A stretch of DNA of 64,000 nucleotides from Candidatus Hydrogenedentota bacterium (GTDB lineage: Bacteria > Hydrogenedentota > Hydrogenedentia > Hydrogenedentales > SLHB01). Under the pieces are notes generated by a model. That model saw nothing but the letters and a program-made list of their open reading frames with translations. It ran no database searches and had not been told where the DNA came from. The stretch lies in contig BTVY01000002.1 in NCBI GenBank assembly GCA_045863335.1, positions 160,562 to 224,561 on the forward strand, read 5' to 3'. Of this stretch, positions 1 through 8,822 are shown in pieces; position 1 is the first letter of the stretch, and each line of letters starts with the position of its first letter. A program made the translations under genes and the position numbers.

Positions 1-76
1 ATGACGGTTTTGCTGGACACCCGCTTGCGCGAGTATGACGGTTTTGGTGGATACCCGCGTTCGCGAGTATGACGGT
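1..76. repeat. Tandem 34-bp REP-like palindromic repeat (TGGA[C/T]ACCCGC..GCGAGTATGACGG), probably truncated by the window start
   Basis: ATGACGG recurs at 1, 35 and 69 (period 34). Each unit has an imperfect hairpin resembling the GTCATNCCCGCGAANGCGGGNATCCA repeat class on the minus strand. Confidence 0.8.
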
Positions 77-333
77 GAGAGAGCGGCTTTGGTGTGTCGG
101 AGGGGCAACGGCTTCGGCAGGCCGGTCAAGGGACGGCGACGTACCCGCCGGTGAAGCCCTCAGGGTATGGGCTTGGGGAGCGGGTGTTGTTGGAGGCAGT
201 GCCGGAAGTGGGTTGGCGGTTCGTGTATTGGCGGAACCCGCTTGTGCGACGCCGTTTGGGTCTCCGCGTGTGCTATGGTTTGTTCTCGTACTTCCGACGC
301 TTGGTATTGGTTGCCAACGAGAGGGACAGGAAC

Positions 334-1167
334 TTGACCGCAACCGCGCAGTCACAACGCTCCCCGTCCGTTTCCGATGGCATCGCGTCGCATCGGGGGT
401 TGCGGGTTGCCGTGGTTCAGTTGGATGTGGCGGATGGCGGCCTGGCCGAAAACATGAAGCGCGCGGAGAGCGGGATTCGGGAAGCGGCGGAACGGAAAGC
501 GGACTTGGTGTGTTTGCCCGAGGCGGCGGATTGGGGTTGGTTGCATCAGCAGTCGAGGCAAAACGCGCTCCCCATTCCCGGTGCGTATACCGATTGCCTT
601 TCCGCTCTAGCGTCGGAACTCGGGATCTGGATCTGCGGCGGCTGTCTTGAGAAGGACGGCGATAAGACCTTCAATTCGGCAGTCCTCGTCGACCGCACTG
701 GCGCCATCGCGCTCAAGCATCGGAAGATCACCACGCTTCCGGAACTTACCGCCCACCTCTACGATGCGGGAAGTCCGAAGGACATCAAGGCGGTGGACAC
801 GGAGTTTGGCCGGGTAGGTGTCACGATATGCGCGGACAACTTCGACATTGCTGTTCCGCAGAAGGTCGCGGACCAAGGCGCGTGGCTGCTCATCGCGCCG
901 CATGGTTTTGCGGCTAAGCAAGAGGACCTTTTCGACAACGCCGTCGCCTTCATCAATCACGTCAAGCAGGTGGCTGAAAAGACCGCGCTCTGGGTCGTGG
1001 CCGCGAACACCGCGCGATCCGAAGTCGCCGGTGGCGGCTGGAAAGGCTACCGGCATAGCGGGGCGTCCACCATCGCCGATCCGTCCGGCAACGCCAAGGC
1101 GATCGGCAGGCTCCTCGAACCGGATCTCGTCATCTACGATATCCCGGCAACCACCGGTCCCGGGTAA
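334..1167 (+). CDS. Carbon-nitrogen hydrolase (nitrilase superfamily)
   Basis: RVAVVQ, LPE, HRK and TICAD give the E-K-C triad. TTG at 334 after GAGGGACAGG chosen as start; the ORF is open from 94. Confidence 0.85.
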   Translation: MTATAQSQRSPSVSDGIASHRGLRVAVVQLDVADGGLAENMKRAESGIREAAERKADLVCLPEAADWGWLHQQSRQNALPIPGAYTDCLSALASELGIWICGGCLEKDGDKTFNSAVLVDRTGAIALKHRKITTLPELTAHLYDAGSPKDIKAVDTEFGRVGVTICADNFDIAVPQKVADQGAWLLIAPHGFAAKQEDLFDNAVAFINHVKQVAEKTALWVVAANTARSEVAGGGWKGYRHSGASTIADPSGNAKAIGRLLEPDLVIYDIPATTGPG

Positions 1168-1343
1168 GGCTGGTTGGTAAAGCGCATGGCTGTCGTATGC
1201 GATGAAGACTACGCCCGCCGCGAAAAGGGAACCGCTACTGTTTGCCATTCTTCGGGACGGCAACCGCAATGGCCGCGTCAGTGCGCCCTGCGCACGCGAA
1301 TTATTGGTAGTCGACGCAGATGCACATCCCCAAGAAGACGTCC

Positions 1344-2690
1344 TTACCTCCGCGTCAGGATCATGGGCATGCCGCCGCGGGGACGAAGGTTTACGAGGGG
1401 GTTCAGGCCCACGGTGTGTCCCGGGGCAATGCGCGCCTTCCAGCGTTGGCCCAGGACGGCGAGGACGAGCATGGCTTCGGTCCAGGCGAATGACTCGCCG
1501 AGACAGGCGTGGGATCCGCCGCCGAAGCCGCAGTAGGCGTAGCGCGGCAGTTGCTCTTTCATTTCCGGCGTCCAGCGATGGGGGTCGAAGCGCTCGGGAT
1601 CGGGGTAAAAACGAGGGTCGTGATGAACGTTGTAGACGCTGACGAAAATGATCGTGCCGGGCCGCACATCGTACCCGCCCAGTGTGCAAGGTTCGGCAGC
1701 GCTTCGGAGCACCAGGTAGAAAGCCGGATAGTAGCGGATGGTTTCGGCGACGACTTTGCGCGTAAAGGTGAACCGTTTCAAATCGTCGGGCACGGGCAAG
1801 CGATCCCCTAGCACGTCTTCCAATTCCTTATGGAACTCGGCTTCAATTTCCGGATGCTGCGCCAGAACGTACCAGGCCCAGGTGAGGGTGATGGCGGTGG
1901 TTTCGTGGCCGGCCAACATGAGGGCGAGGACCTCATTTCGCACCATGCTGTCGTGCATGGAGGCGCCCCCCGCGTCTTGCGCGGCAAGGAGCATGGAAAG
2001 CAGGTCGTCGTGTTCATCGGCAGATTCTCGCCGCTGGGAAATGATGCGGTAGATCGCATCGTCGATCGTTTTCATGGACTCCTTGACACGCCGGTTCAAA
2101 GGCAGGATGGGCACGTAATTGAGCAAGGTGCCGAAGGGCGATTTTGCCCGATTGAAGACTTCCGTCAATTGGGTAATGGCGGTGCCGATCTTGCCGGTTT
2201 CGGCGGCAAGATCGGCGCCGAAGAGCGTATCGGCCACAACGGGTAACGTTATGCTCCGCATGACGGCGTCCATATCCACAACGGTTTCATTTGGGAGATC
2301 GCGTGCGATATCGTCCGCCATCCGAATCATTGTCTGAGCGTATGCATGGACGCGCTCGTGGTGGAGTGCGGGTCGAATGAGTTTGCGTTGATGTCTGTGG
2401 AAATCTCCGCTGCTTGTGAGCATGCCTTCACCAAGGGCGTCTTTGGCGTTTCCGAATATCCATGACTTCTGCAGACTCTCGTTTCGAGTCACCAGGGTTT
2501 CGTGCACGAGTTCCGGGTGGCTCACGATATAAATCAGAAGATGACCGATACGGACGCAGGAGAGGTCGCCGTAGTTGTTCGCCATGTGCTTGAGAAAACC
2601 AACGACGTCTCGCCGAAGGATGCGTATCTCACGGATGGGCACGGGGCCACGGGGGCCCGGAGGCAGAGCGGCAGTCGCCGGCATGGACAT
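1344..2690 (-). CDS. Cytochrome P450
   Basis: AGHETT I-helix, ETIR (ExxR), PERF, FGGGSHACLG heme-Cys motif; RBS AGGAGAG. Confidence 0.95.
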   Translation of the reverse strand: MSMPATAALPPGPRGPVPIREIRILRRDVVGFLKHMANNYGDLSCVRIGHLLIYIVSHPELVHETLVTRNESLQKSWIFGNAKDALGEGMLTSSGDFHRHQRKLIRPALHHERVHAYAQTMIRMADDIARDLPNETVVDMDAVMRSITLPVVADTLFGADLAAETGKIGTAITQLTEVFNRAKSPFGTLLNYVPILPLNRRVKESMKTIDDAIYRIISQRRESADEHDDLLSMLLAAQDAGGASMHDSMVRNEVLALMLAGHETTAITLTWAWYVLAQHPEIEAEFHKELEDVLGDRLPVPDDLKRFTFTRKVVAETIRYYPAFYLVLRSAAEPCTLGGYDVRPGTIIFVSVYNVHHDPRFYPDPERFDPHRWTPEMKEQLPRYAYCGFGGGSHACLGESFAWTEAMLVLAVLGQRWKARIAPGHTVGLNPLVNLRPRGGMPMILTRR

Positions 2691-2696
2691 TCTCTC

Positions 2697-4046
2697 CTAT
2701 CTCGCGCTTTGCCGGCGCGTTAAGGTCATGGGCACGGGGGCACGGGGCCGAAGGAACACGATGGGATTGCCGGTGACTGTGTGCCCGGGCACAACGCGCG
2801 CTTTCCAGCGCTGAATAAGGACCGCCATGGCCAGCGTGCTTTCAACCCAGGCGAAATGCTCGCCCGGACAGGTATGCGGCCCCGCACCGAAGGGACGATA
2901 GACGTGACGGTGCAGTTGTTTTTTCATCTCGGGAGTCCAGCGGTAGGGCACGAACCGGTCGGGCTCATCCCAGTAGCGCGGGTCCCGGTGCATACTGTAG
3001 ATGCCCGCGAGGATAAGCGATCCGGGCCGGAGTGTAAACGGCCCCAATTGGCAGGCGTCGAGTACCTCTCGGGGTATCACGTATGAAAGTGGATAGAGGC
3101 GGAGGGCTTCGTAAATCGCCTTTCGCAGGAAGGGCAGCCGCTCAACGTCCGCCATTTCCGGCAAACGGCCGCCGAGTACGGAATCCAGTTCGTCGTGCAG
3201 TTCGGCTTCGGCCTCTGGATGCTGGGAGAGAAGGCACCAAAGCCACGCGAGGAGGTTCGTCGTGGTCTCGTGACCCGCCAGGAACATCGCAATGGCTTCG
3301 TCGCGCAGTTGTCGATCGGTCATGGCGCGGCCCTCTTCATCCCGTGCCGCCAGAAGCACGCCGAGGACGTCATCCCGCTCCTCGCCGGATCGGCGTCGCC
3401 GGTCGATGAGGTCGTAGATGGTTGTGTCCAGGAGTTCCTTGGCCCGGTCGAAGCGGCGCCGGGCGGGCAGGAAACGCACACGCTCGAAGATCTCGCCGAA
3501 CGGGGATCGGGCACGGGCGTAGACGTCGAATATCTCCGTGATCGCGCTACCGACCTCATCGGCCCGTTCGCCGATGTCGGCGCCAAAGAGCGTTTCGGTC
3601 CCGATGGCCATCGTCAAGCGGACCATCTCCTGGACCATATCAACCGTCGCGCCATCTTGCCACGTGCGGGCGGTGCGTTCCGCAACACGGACCATGGTCT
3701 CGGCGTACTCCGGGATCCGCGGCTTGACCAGGGCGGGCATAACCAGCTCGCGCTTGCGCCGGTTGGATTCACCTCGGCTGTTGATCATGCCGTTGCCGAG
3801 GGCTTCCGATACCGTCTGAAGCATCCAGGTCTTGCCAAAACTGCGGTGGTGAGTCACCAGAACGTCGTGGATGAGATCTGGGTGGCTCACGAAATAAACG
3901 AGCTTGGGTCCCATTCGGAAACACGAGAAGTCGCCGTAGGTCTGCTTCAGGTGCTCGAGGAACCCAAGGACGTCCCGCCGGATGGCGCGGATCTCGCGTA
4001 ACGGCAGCAGGCTTCGAGGGCCGGGCGGAAGGCTGGGTTGGGCCAT
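2697..4046 (-). CDS. Cytochrome P450 (paralog of the adjacent P450)
   Basis: AGHETT, EALR, FGAGPHTCPG; start MAQPS after AAGGAG. Confidence 0.95.
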   Translation of the reverse strand: MAQPSLPPGPRSLLPLREIRAIRRDVLGFLEHLKQTYGDFSCFRMGPKLVYFVSHPDLIHDVLVTHHRSFGKTWMLQTVSEALGNGMINSRGESNRRKRELVMPALVKPRIPEYAETMVRVAERTARTWQDGATVDMVQEMVRLTMAIGTETLFGADIGERADEVGSAITEIFDVYARARSPFGEIFERVRFLPARRRFDRAKELLDTTIYDLIDRRRRSGEERDDVLGVLLAARDEEGRAMTDRQLRDEAIAMFLAGHETTTNLLAWLWCLLSQHPEAEAELHDELDSVLGGRLPEMADVERLPFLRKAIYEALRLYPLSYVIPREVLDACQLGPFTLRPGSLILAGIYSMHRDPRYWDEPDRFVPYRWTPEMKKQLHRHVYRPFGAGPHTCPGEHFAWVESTLAMAVLIQRWKARVVPGHTVTGNPIVFLRPRAPVPMTLTRRQSAR

Positions 4047-4142
4047 AGGGGCTCCTTGGTCTGCGGTATGCACCCACTCAATTTCGTCGCTCACACAAGT
4101 GGCGCGTCGATATCATCATGACACCGGGGATTCGCGCCCTTG

Positions 4143-5402
4143 TTATTCGCGAGTGTATGATCTCTCGTTGCCATTCCCATTGCCCGAGCCCGCACGCTGA
4201 TTCGCTTCACGCCCGTTGAATAGTCCAAGCGAATCCGCGCCGTCACGAATGACCGTCGCACAGTAGTCGAGTTGCTCTTTCCGGAGGTTCGCGTCGGTGC
4301 AGGCTCTCAAGCGCGCACTGCCTTTGGGGACCACGGGATGGGGAATTGCCTGCACGTAGACACCACGGCCGTGGCAGTAATGGGCCAACCGATACGCGCT
4401 CCAGTCGTCACCACACATGATGGGAAAGATCGCAGTTGGGCTGTTGCGGAAGTCGACACCAAATTCGGTTAATCGCGCGGCGAAATGGGCCATGTTATCG
4501 TGCAAACGGCGGACCCGTTCCGGTTCTGCTTCGATGATGTCCAGGGCGGCACACGCGGCGGCAGCAGACGCGGGCGCGAGGGAGGCCGAGTAGATGTATC
4601 CGCGGCCGTTGAGGCGAATGGCATCCGCAATGCCTTCGCGCGTCGCCACGTAGCCCCCGTTGCTTGGAATCGCCTTGCTGAACGTACCCATTTTGATATC
4701 GACGGAATCCGGCGGGAGGCCGAAGTGCTCTTCGATCCCGTGGCCCGTTTCGCCCAAGACGCCGATGGAATGCGCTTCGTCCACCATCAAGAGGGCGCCG
4801 TATTTCCGGCACAAGCGGGACACTTCGGGAAGGTTAATAATGTCGCCGTCCATGCTGAATACGGCATCGACGACCACCAGCTTGAGTTTCCGATCCTGGT
4901 ATTGCTCGAGCCGCCGTTCCAGGTGAAGCATGTCGTTATGACGAAACCGAACCACGTCGGCGCCGCACAGCCGGCACCCGTCCACGATGCTGGCGTGGTC
5001 GAGCTTATCGCAGATCACGACGTCGCTGCGGCCTACAATCGCGCAGATCGTGGATATGTTGGCAAGAAAGCCGCTCGAGGAGACCACAGCAGTCTCGGCG
5101 CCTTTAAACCGGGCGATGCGCTCTTCCAGTCGCCGATGGAGGTCTAGAGTTCCCGCGAGCAGGCGCACGCCGAGCGTGCCGGTACCGTACTTGGCTATGG
5201 CCTCTTGAGCAGCCTGATTTATCCGCTCATCGCCGTTGAGCCCGAGATAGGAATAGCTGCCGAGCATGATCATGTCGCCGTGGCCGGCGACGCGCACGTG
5301 GCTGTTCGGAAGATAAGCCTCCGTGGCCTCGCCGTAGAAGAATACGCCCTCTTCGCGGCCTTCCTTGGCGGGCCAATATATGGTGATCCCTTCGTCGTTC
5401 AT
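4143..5402 (-). CDS. PLP-dependent alpha-oxoamine synthase, serine palmitoyltransferase-like
   Basis: GSYSYLGL, DHAS, VFSMDGD, DEAHS, GTFSKA (PLP Lys), YIYSAS. ATG overlaps the upstream stop (ATGA at 5399-5402). Confidence 0.9.
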   Translation of the reverse strand: MNDEGITIYWPAKEGREEGVFFYGEATEAYLPNSHVRVAGHGDMIMLGSYSYLGLNGDERINQAAQEAIAKYGTGTLGVRLLAGTLDLHRRLEERIARFKGAETAVVSSSGFLANISTICAIVGRSDVVICDKLDHASIVDGCRLCGADVVRFRHNDMLHLERRLEQYQDRKLKLVVVDAVFSMDGDIINLPEVSRLCRKYGALLMVDEAHSIGVLGETGHGIEEHFGLPPDSVDIKMGTFSKAIPSNGGYVATREGIADAIRLNGRGYIYSASLAPASAAAACAALDIIEAEPERVRRLHDNMAHFAARLTEFGVDFRNSPTAIFPIMCGDDWSAYRLAHYCHGRGVYVQAIPHPVVPKGSARLRACTDANLRKEQLDYCATVIRDGADSLGLFNGREANQRAGSGNGNGNERSYTRE

Positions 5403-6076
5403 GGCGTCACCCCGCCTTCGGCCGCCGCCCTCAGTTCGGCTCGTGGCGCACTCGACAACCGGTCCGCCCAAAGTTGGCTCCCTAACCAGGCTGCCCAGAG
5501 CGAACCGAGGATAGGATCCAAAACCAGAAGACCCGCGGAACTCCATTCCACGATCTCTATGGAACCGGAAAGAATGATGACGATGCACAGTGGCGTAGGG
5601 AGCCGCCTGGAATTCAAAGCGAGAGAACCAAACGTAACCAATGCGAATCCGCTGGCCATGGTACCGCCGAGAAGCAAGCCGGCACTGACACCCTCAACGA
5701 TCCGTAGCGCGGCGTCATCGCCGGCCTCGGCCAGGGGAGGGGCCGCGATCAAGGGTACGACGCCGGAGGCGATATACATGGCGGCGGCTGCGGTGATACT
5801 GGCGACGGCGAAGTCCGTGCTCAACGGATAGTCCGAAAACTGACGGCGCAGAACGACTGCCAGCGTCAGGGCCGAAACGCCAAATGAGCAGTTATAGAGA
5901 TTCATTGTGGCGAAGGCGAAGGGTTCGTCAACCCGTTCGCGGTAGTAGGCTCCCATGGCGTCGACAAGTCCGGATAGTCCCTCCGGCGGCCAGGAAACGA
6001 CAATCCACACAAGCGTCAACAGAAACTGTACGGCGAGTATGAATGATGCGATGGCACCGACTTTCGCTGGTTGCAT
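5399..6076 (-). CDS. Multi-pass membrane protein (DUF4386-like, ~6 TM)
   Basis: Six hydrophobic segments from MQPAKVG; translationally coupled to the downstream synthase. Confidence 0.7.
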   Translation of the reverse strand: MQPAKVGAIASFILAVQFLLTLVWIVVSWPPEGLSGLVDAMGAYYRERVDEPFAFATMNLYNCSFGVSALTLAVVLRRQFSDYPLSTDFAVASITAAAAMYIASGVVPLIAAPPLAEAGDDAALRIVEGVSAGLLLGGTMASGFALVTFGSLALNSRRLPTPLCIVIILSGSIEIVEWSSAGLLVLDPILGSLWAAWLGSQLWADRLSSAPRAELRAAAEGGVTP

Positions 6077-6864
6077 AATGCACCCTTTCGCAGGTTGCGA
6101 TCCTTGTCTGCTCGTCATGGGGCAGGCGCGAGAATTAGTCTCAGGATAATGAAGAACGGCAGCACCACGGTGGACTGGAATGGGGGGAAGCTCTTCCGCG
6201 GGATGCGAACACGATGGAGGCCGCAAAATCGACCAAGAGCGCGCTCTTCGATTCCACAATGGGGAGAGGATTCGTTCGCGGGTACGGTGGTCCAGCATGG
6301 GAGTTTCCCCTCAACCACGCGCGGCAAAAGGTCGGTGTTGCGGCGGGATCGAAGGACATACAGCAAGTCCGCATAGGGGTCCCCTACGTCTGATTACTCT
6401 TCATCGGCGCAAATTTGCCCAGTGCGTAAGCACAGTGCGACGCACTCGATACCGATGAAACACAACCGCGAGAATCAGCAACGACTACTGCAAGGAAACC
6501 AGGAAACGGAAAGGACAGACGAATGGCGCAAACTCGAAACTACCTTGATTGCACCTACCATTGGGATCGGTGCGATTTACTACGGACTACAAACGCCGAA
6601 ACGGGGTACTGCTCAGCCATACCCGCCGGTGAATGAGCCAGCCTTGCGAACGCAACTCTACCCGACAACATCCTAAACACGCAAGCATTAATACAACTCG
6701 CGTCGATTTCCGTCACGGAGTCGGTCGGCAGTGACAACCCAAAGTTCCGGCAAGAACTTTGCTTTCAAAAGCAATGGAATCGTCGATTACCGGGGTTCCG
6801 CCAGACTACAGAAACATCGGTCTTCGCAATTCGCATCTGATTCAGGTTCCGATATTTGGGAAGT

Positions 6865-7476
6865 CTAAACCCGTATCGATCCCCGGAAACCTCGGGCGGC
6901 GTAGTAGGACTGGGCGCCGTTGTGGTAGAGGAAGACGTGGTCGTAGCGGCGGTCACAGAAGAGGGCTCCGCCGAGTTCTCGGATGTCGTCGGGGGTCTGC
7001 ACCCAGCTCGAAGTCTTGACGTCGAACTCCCCCAGTTTCTGGAGGGCGCGGTATTCGTCTTCCGCTAGAAGCTCGATGCCCATGGCCGCCGCCATGTCCA
7101 TGGCGCTGTCCTTGGGCTTGTGTTCCTTTCTCGCGTTTAGCGCTTCGCGGTCGAAACAGAGGCTTCGGCGGCCTGTCGGGCTTTCCGCGGAACAGTCATA
7201 GAAAGTGAATTCGCCCGACTTGCTGTCGTGGCCGACCACGTCGGGTTCGCCGCCGGTCCGCTCCATTTCGTGGAGCGACCAGAGCTTTGCCGGGTTCTTT
7301 TCCAGCCGGGCCTGCACCTTTGCCCATTCGAGACTCGTGTGGCGGTTCATGTGCTTCTCGAAGCGGGATTTCAGTACCGCGAGCAAGTCCTCGCGCTGCT
7401 TGGGCGACACTTCGCGTTTGCTGCTGGTGGCTGCTTTTGTCGTGCCGCGTTTCGCGGTGGTTTCTTTCTTTGCCAT
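6865..7476 (-). CDS. DUF4256 domain protein
   Basis: MERTGGEPDVV, RRSLCFD, KTSSW and YHNGAQSYYAARGFRG are characteristic of the family. Confidence 0.85.
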   Translation of the reverse strand: MAKKETTAKRGTTKAATSSKREVSPKQREDLLAVLKSRFEKHMNRHTSLEWAKVQARLEKNPAKLWSLHEMERTGGEPDVVGHDSKSGEFTFYDCSAESPTGRRSLCFDREALNARKEHKPKDSAMDMAAAMGIELLAEDEYRALQKLGEFDVKTSSWVQTPDDIRELGGALFCDRRYDHVFLYHNGAQSYYAARGFRGSIRV

Positions 7477-7492
7477 TGCGATCTCCAATCGG

Positions 7493-7861
7493 TTAGAGCT
7501 GTTTCAACACAAACCTGCCGTACGCGATGAACCCGCATAGAACCGCCACGACTAGCCAATAGATTATGGGTTCGAAATCCCGGGCGCCAGAGTACAAGTG
7601 CATCGCGGTAAAGAGCAGCATCTCCGCGGCGATCGCGAGTGCTGCGATGGGGGCTAACATGGCCAGGGGCTTGTAGAAAGCTGGGACAATCAGGGCCGCG
7701 GCGCACAGGAGTTCGACGGCGCTCATCGACAACCAAACTCCTTGCGGAATCGCCTTGAGGGACGGCATGGTTTGCTCCGCGGAATGGGAGAATTTCCAGA
7801 CCGCGCCCATGGCGGTGTGCAAGGCCAGGAGGATCTGAAGTACCCAGAGAAAAACGTTCAT
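7493..7861 (-). CDS. DoxX-family membrane protein
   Basis: LWVLQILLA...K, four TM segments, ends FIAYGR. Confidence 0.8.
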   Translation of the reverse strand: MNVFLWVLQILLALHTAMGAVWKFSHSAEQTMPSLKAIPQGVWLSMSAVELLCAAALIVPAFYKPLAMLAPIAALAIAAEMLLFTAMHLYSGARDFEPIIYWLVVAVLCGFIAYGRFVLKQL

Positions 7862-7930
7862 GTCTTGCTCCTCTTGACAAGGGTTGGACTTTTCGGGTGT
7901 GCCGCACCGGTACGATTCGCGCCACGCGGT

Positions 7931-8371
7931 TCAGGAAGTCCTCGCGAGCAGGTCGACGAGGCGCTCTCCCATCATCCTCCAACCGTAGCGCGCGCCACCG
8001 AAGTTCTGCTTCTGGTCCGGCTTGAAACCGGACTGCACGAGGGACAGGCGCGTGCCCGACGCAGTGGGCGTGAGCGTAAAGGTCACGATGGTATCAATAT
8101 CGCCGACGACCCAACGCCAGCTCAGTTTCCGTTGCGCTTCGATCTCGAGGAATCGGCAATTGACGGTGCCGTCCCATCCGGGTTGTGGCGGCGCCTGGAA
8201 TCTGAACTGCGCATCCGGTTCAAGCTGGTGATCGTATACAGGCAGCAGCCATTCGGTAAGCAGATCGGGATTGGTCAGCGCGCGCCACACCTTTTCCGGC
8301 GAATGGGCCAAATCGAACTCAAACGAAATGGACTCGGTTTGCCCTTTGGCAGTCTTGTCGACGGGGTTCAT
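7931..8371 (-). CDS. SRPBCC/AHSA1 (START-like) domain protein
   Basis: HSPEKVWRALTNPDLLTEW, TRLSLVQSGF, GW. Confidence 0.9.
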   Translation of the reverse strand: MNPVDKTAKGQTESISFEFDLAHSPEKVWRALTNPDLLTEWLLPVYDHQLEPDAQFRFQAPPQPGWDGTVNCRFLEIEAQRKLSWRWVVGDIDTIVTFTLTPTASGTRLSLVQSGFKPDQKQNFGGARYGWRMMGERLVDLLARTS

Positions 8372-8697
8372 TCGTCCATGTTCTCCAGCACCTGTTGCAG
8401 GCGGTCAATGCGTTCCGGCCAGAAGGCGCGGTAATGGGCGATCCAGTCGATGAGCGGCTTCATCCCGCGCGGTTCCACGCGGTAGTACACGCAGCGTCCC
8501 TCGCGCCGGTTGTTTACCAGGCCCGCACCCTTCAACGCGGCGAGATGCTGCGAAATCGCGGGCTGCGATATATCGAAACGCGCGGTGAGATCCTTGACCG
8601 CCGCTTCGCCCCGGGTGAGCGACTCGAAGATCGCCCGGCGGCTGGGATCCGCCAGCGCGTGAAAGATCCGGTCCTCAACGGCGGCTGCGCCTTGCAT
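8368..8697 (-). CDS. ArsR/SmtB-family transcriptional regulator
   Basis: FHALADPSRRAI, ISQPAISQHLAALKGAGLV, REGR..YY. Start at 8697 inferred from promoter geometry. Confidence 0.9.
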   Translation of the reverse strand: MQGAAAVEDRIFHALADPSRRAIFESLTRGEAAVKDLTARFDISQPAISQHLAALKGAGLVNNRREGRCVYYRVEPRGMKPLIDWIAHYRAFWPERIDRLQQVLENMDE

Positions 8698-8703
8698 GGT
8701 TAA

Positions 8704-8732
8704 AGCATAAGCGCTCACTTATGAATTGTCAA
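8704..8732 (-). promoter_or_regulatory. sigma70 promoter TTGACA-17-TATGCT with overlapping CATAAG-N6-CTTATG operator
   Basis: -35 at 8727-8732, -10 at 8704-8709, inverted repeat at 8706-8723. Confidence 0.8.
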
Positions 8733-8822
8733 GTACCTCGTCCGGATGGGAATTGGTGATTCCCCGCGCGAAACGGAGTGGTTGTGTGCGGAGGATTGGC
8801 TGTACTGCGTTGGCTTACTGGA

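Noticed and set aside
1-76. Possible CRISPR array
   Set aside because: Units abut with only ~6-nt linkers, there are no unique spacers, and no cas genes are present
4047-4142. Biarylitide-type pentapeptide precursor upstream of the P450s
   Set aside because: The only short ATG ORF I found (MMISTRHLCERRN) lacks a YxH/YxY/YxW motif and an SD
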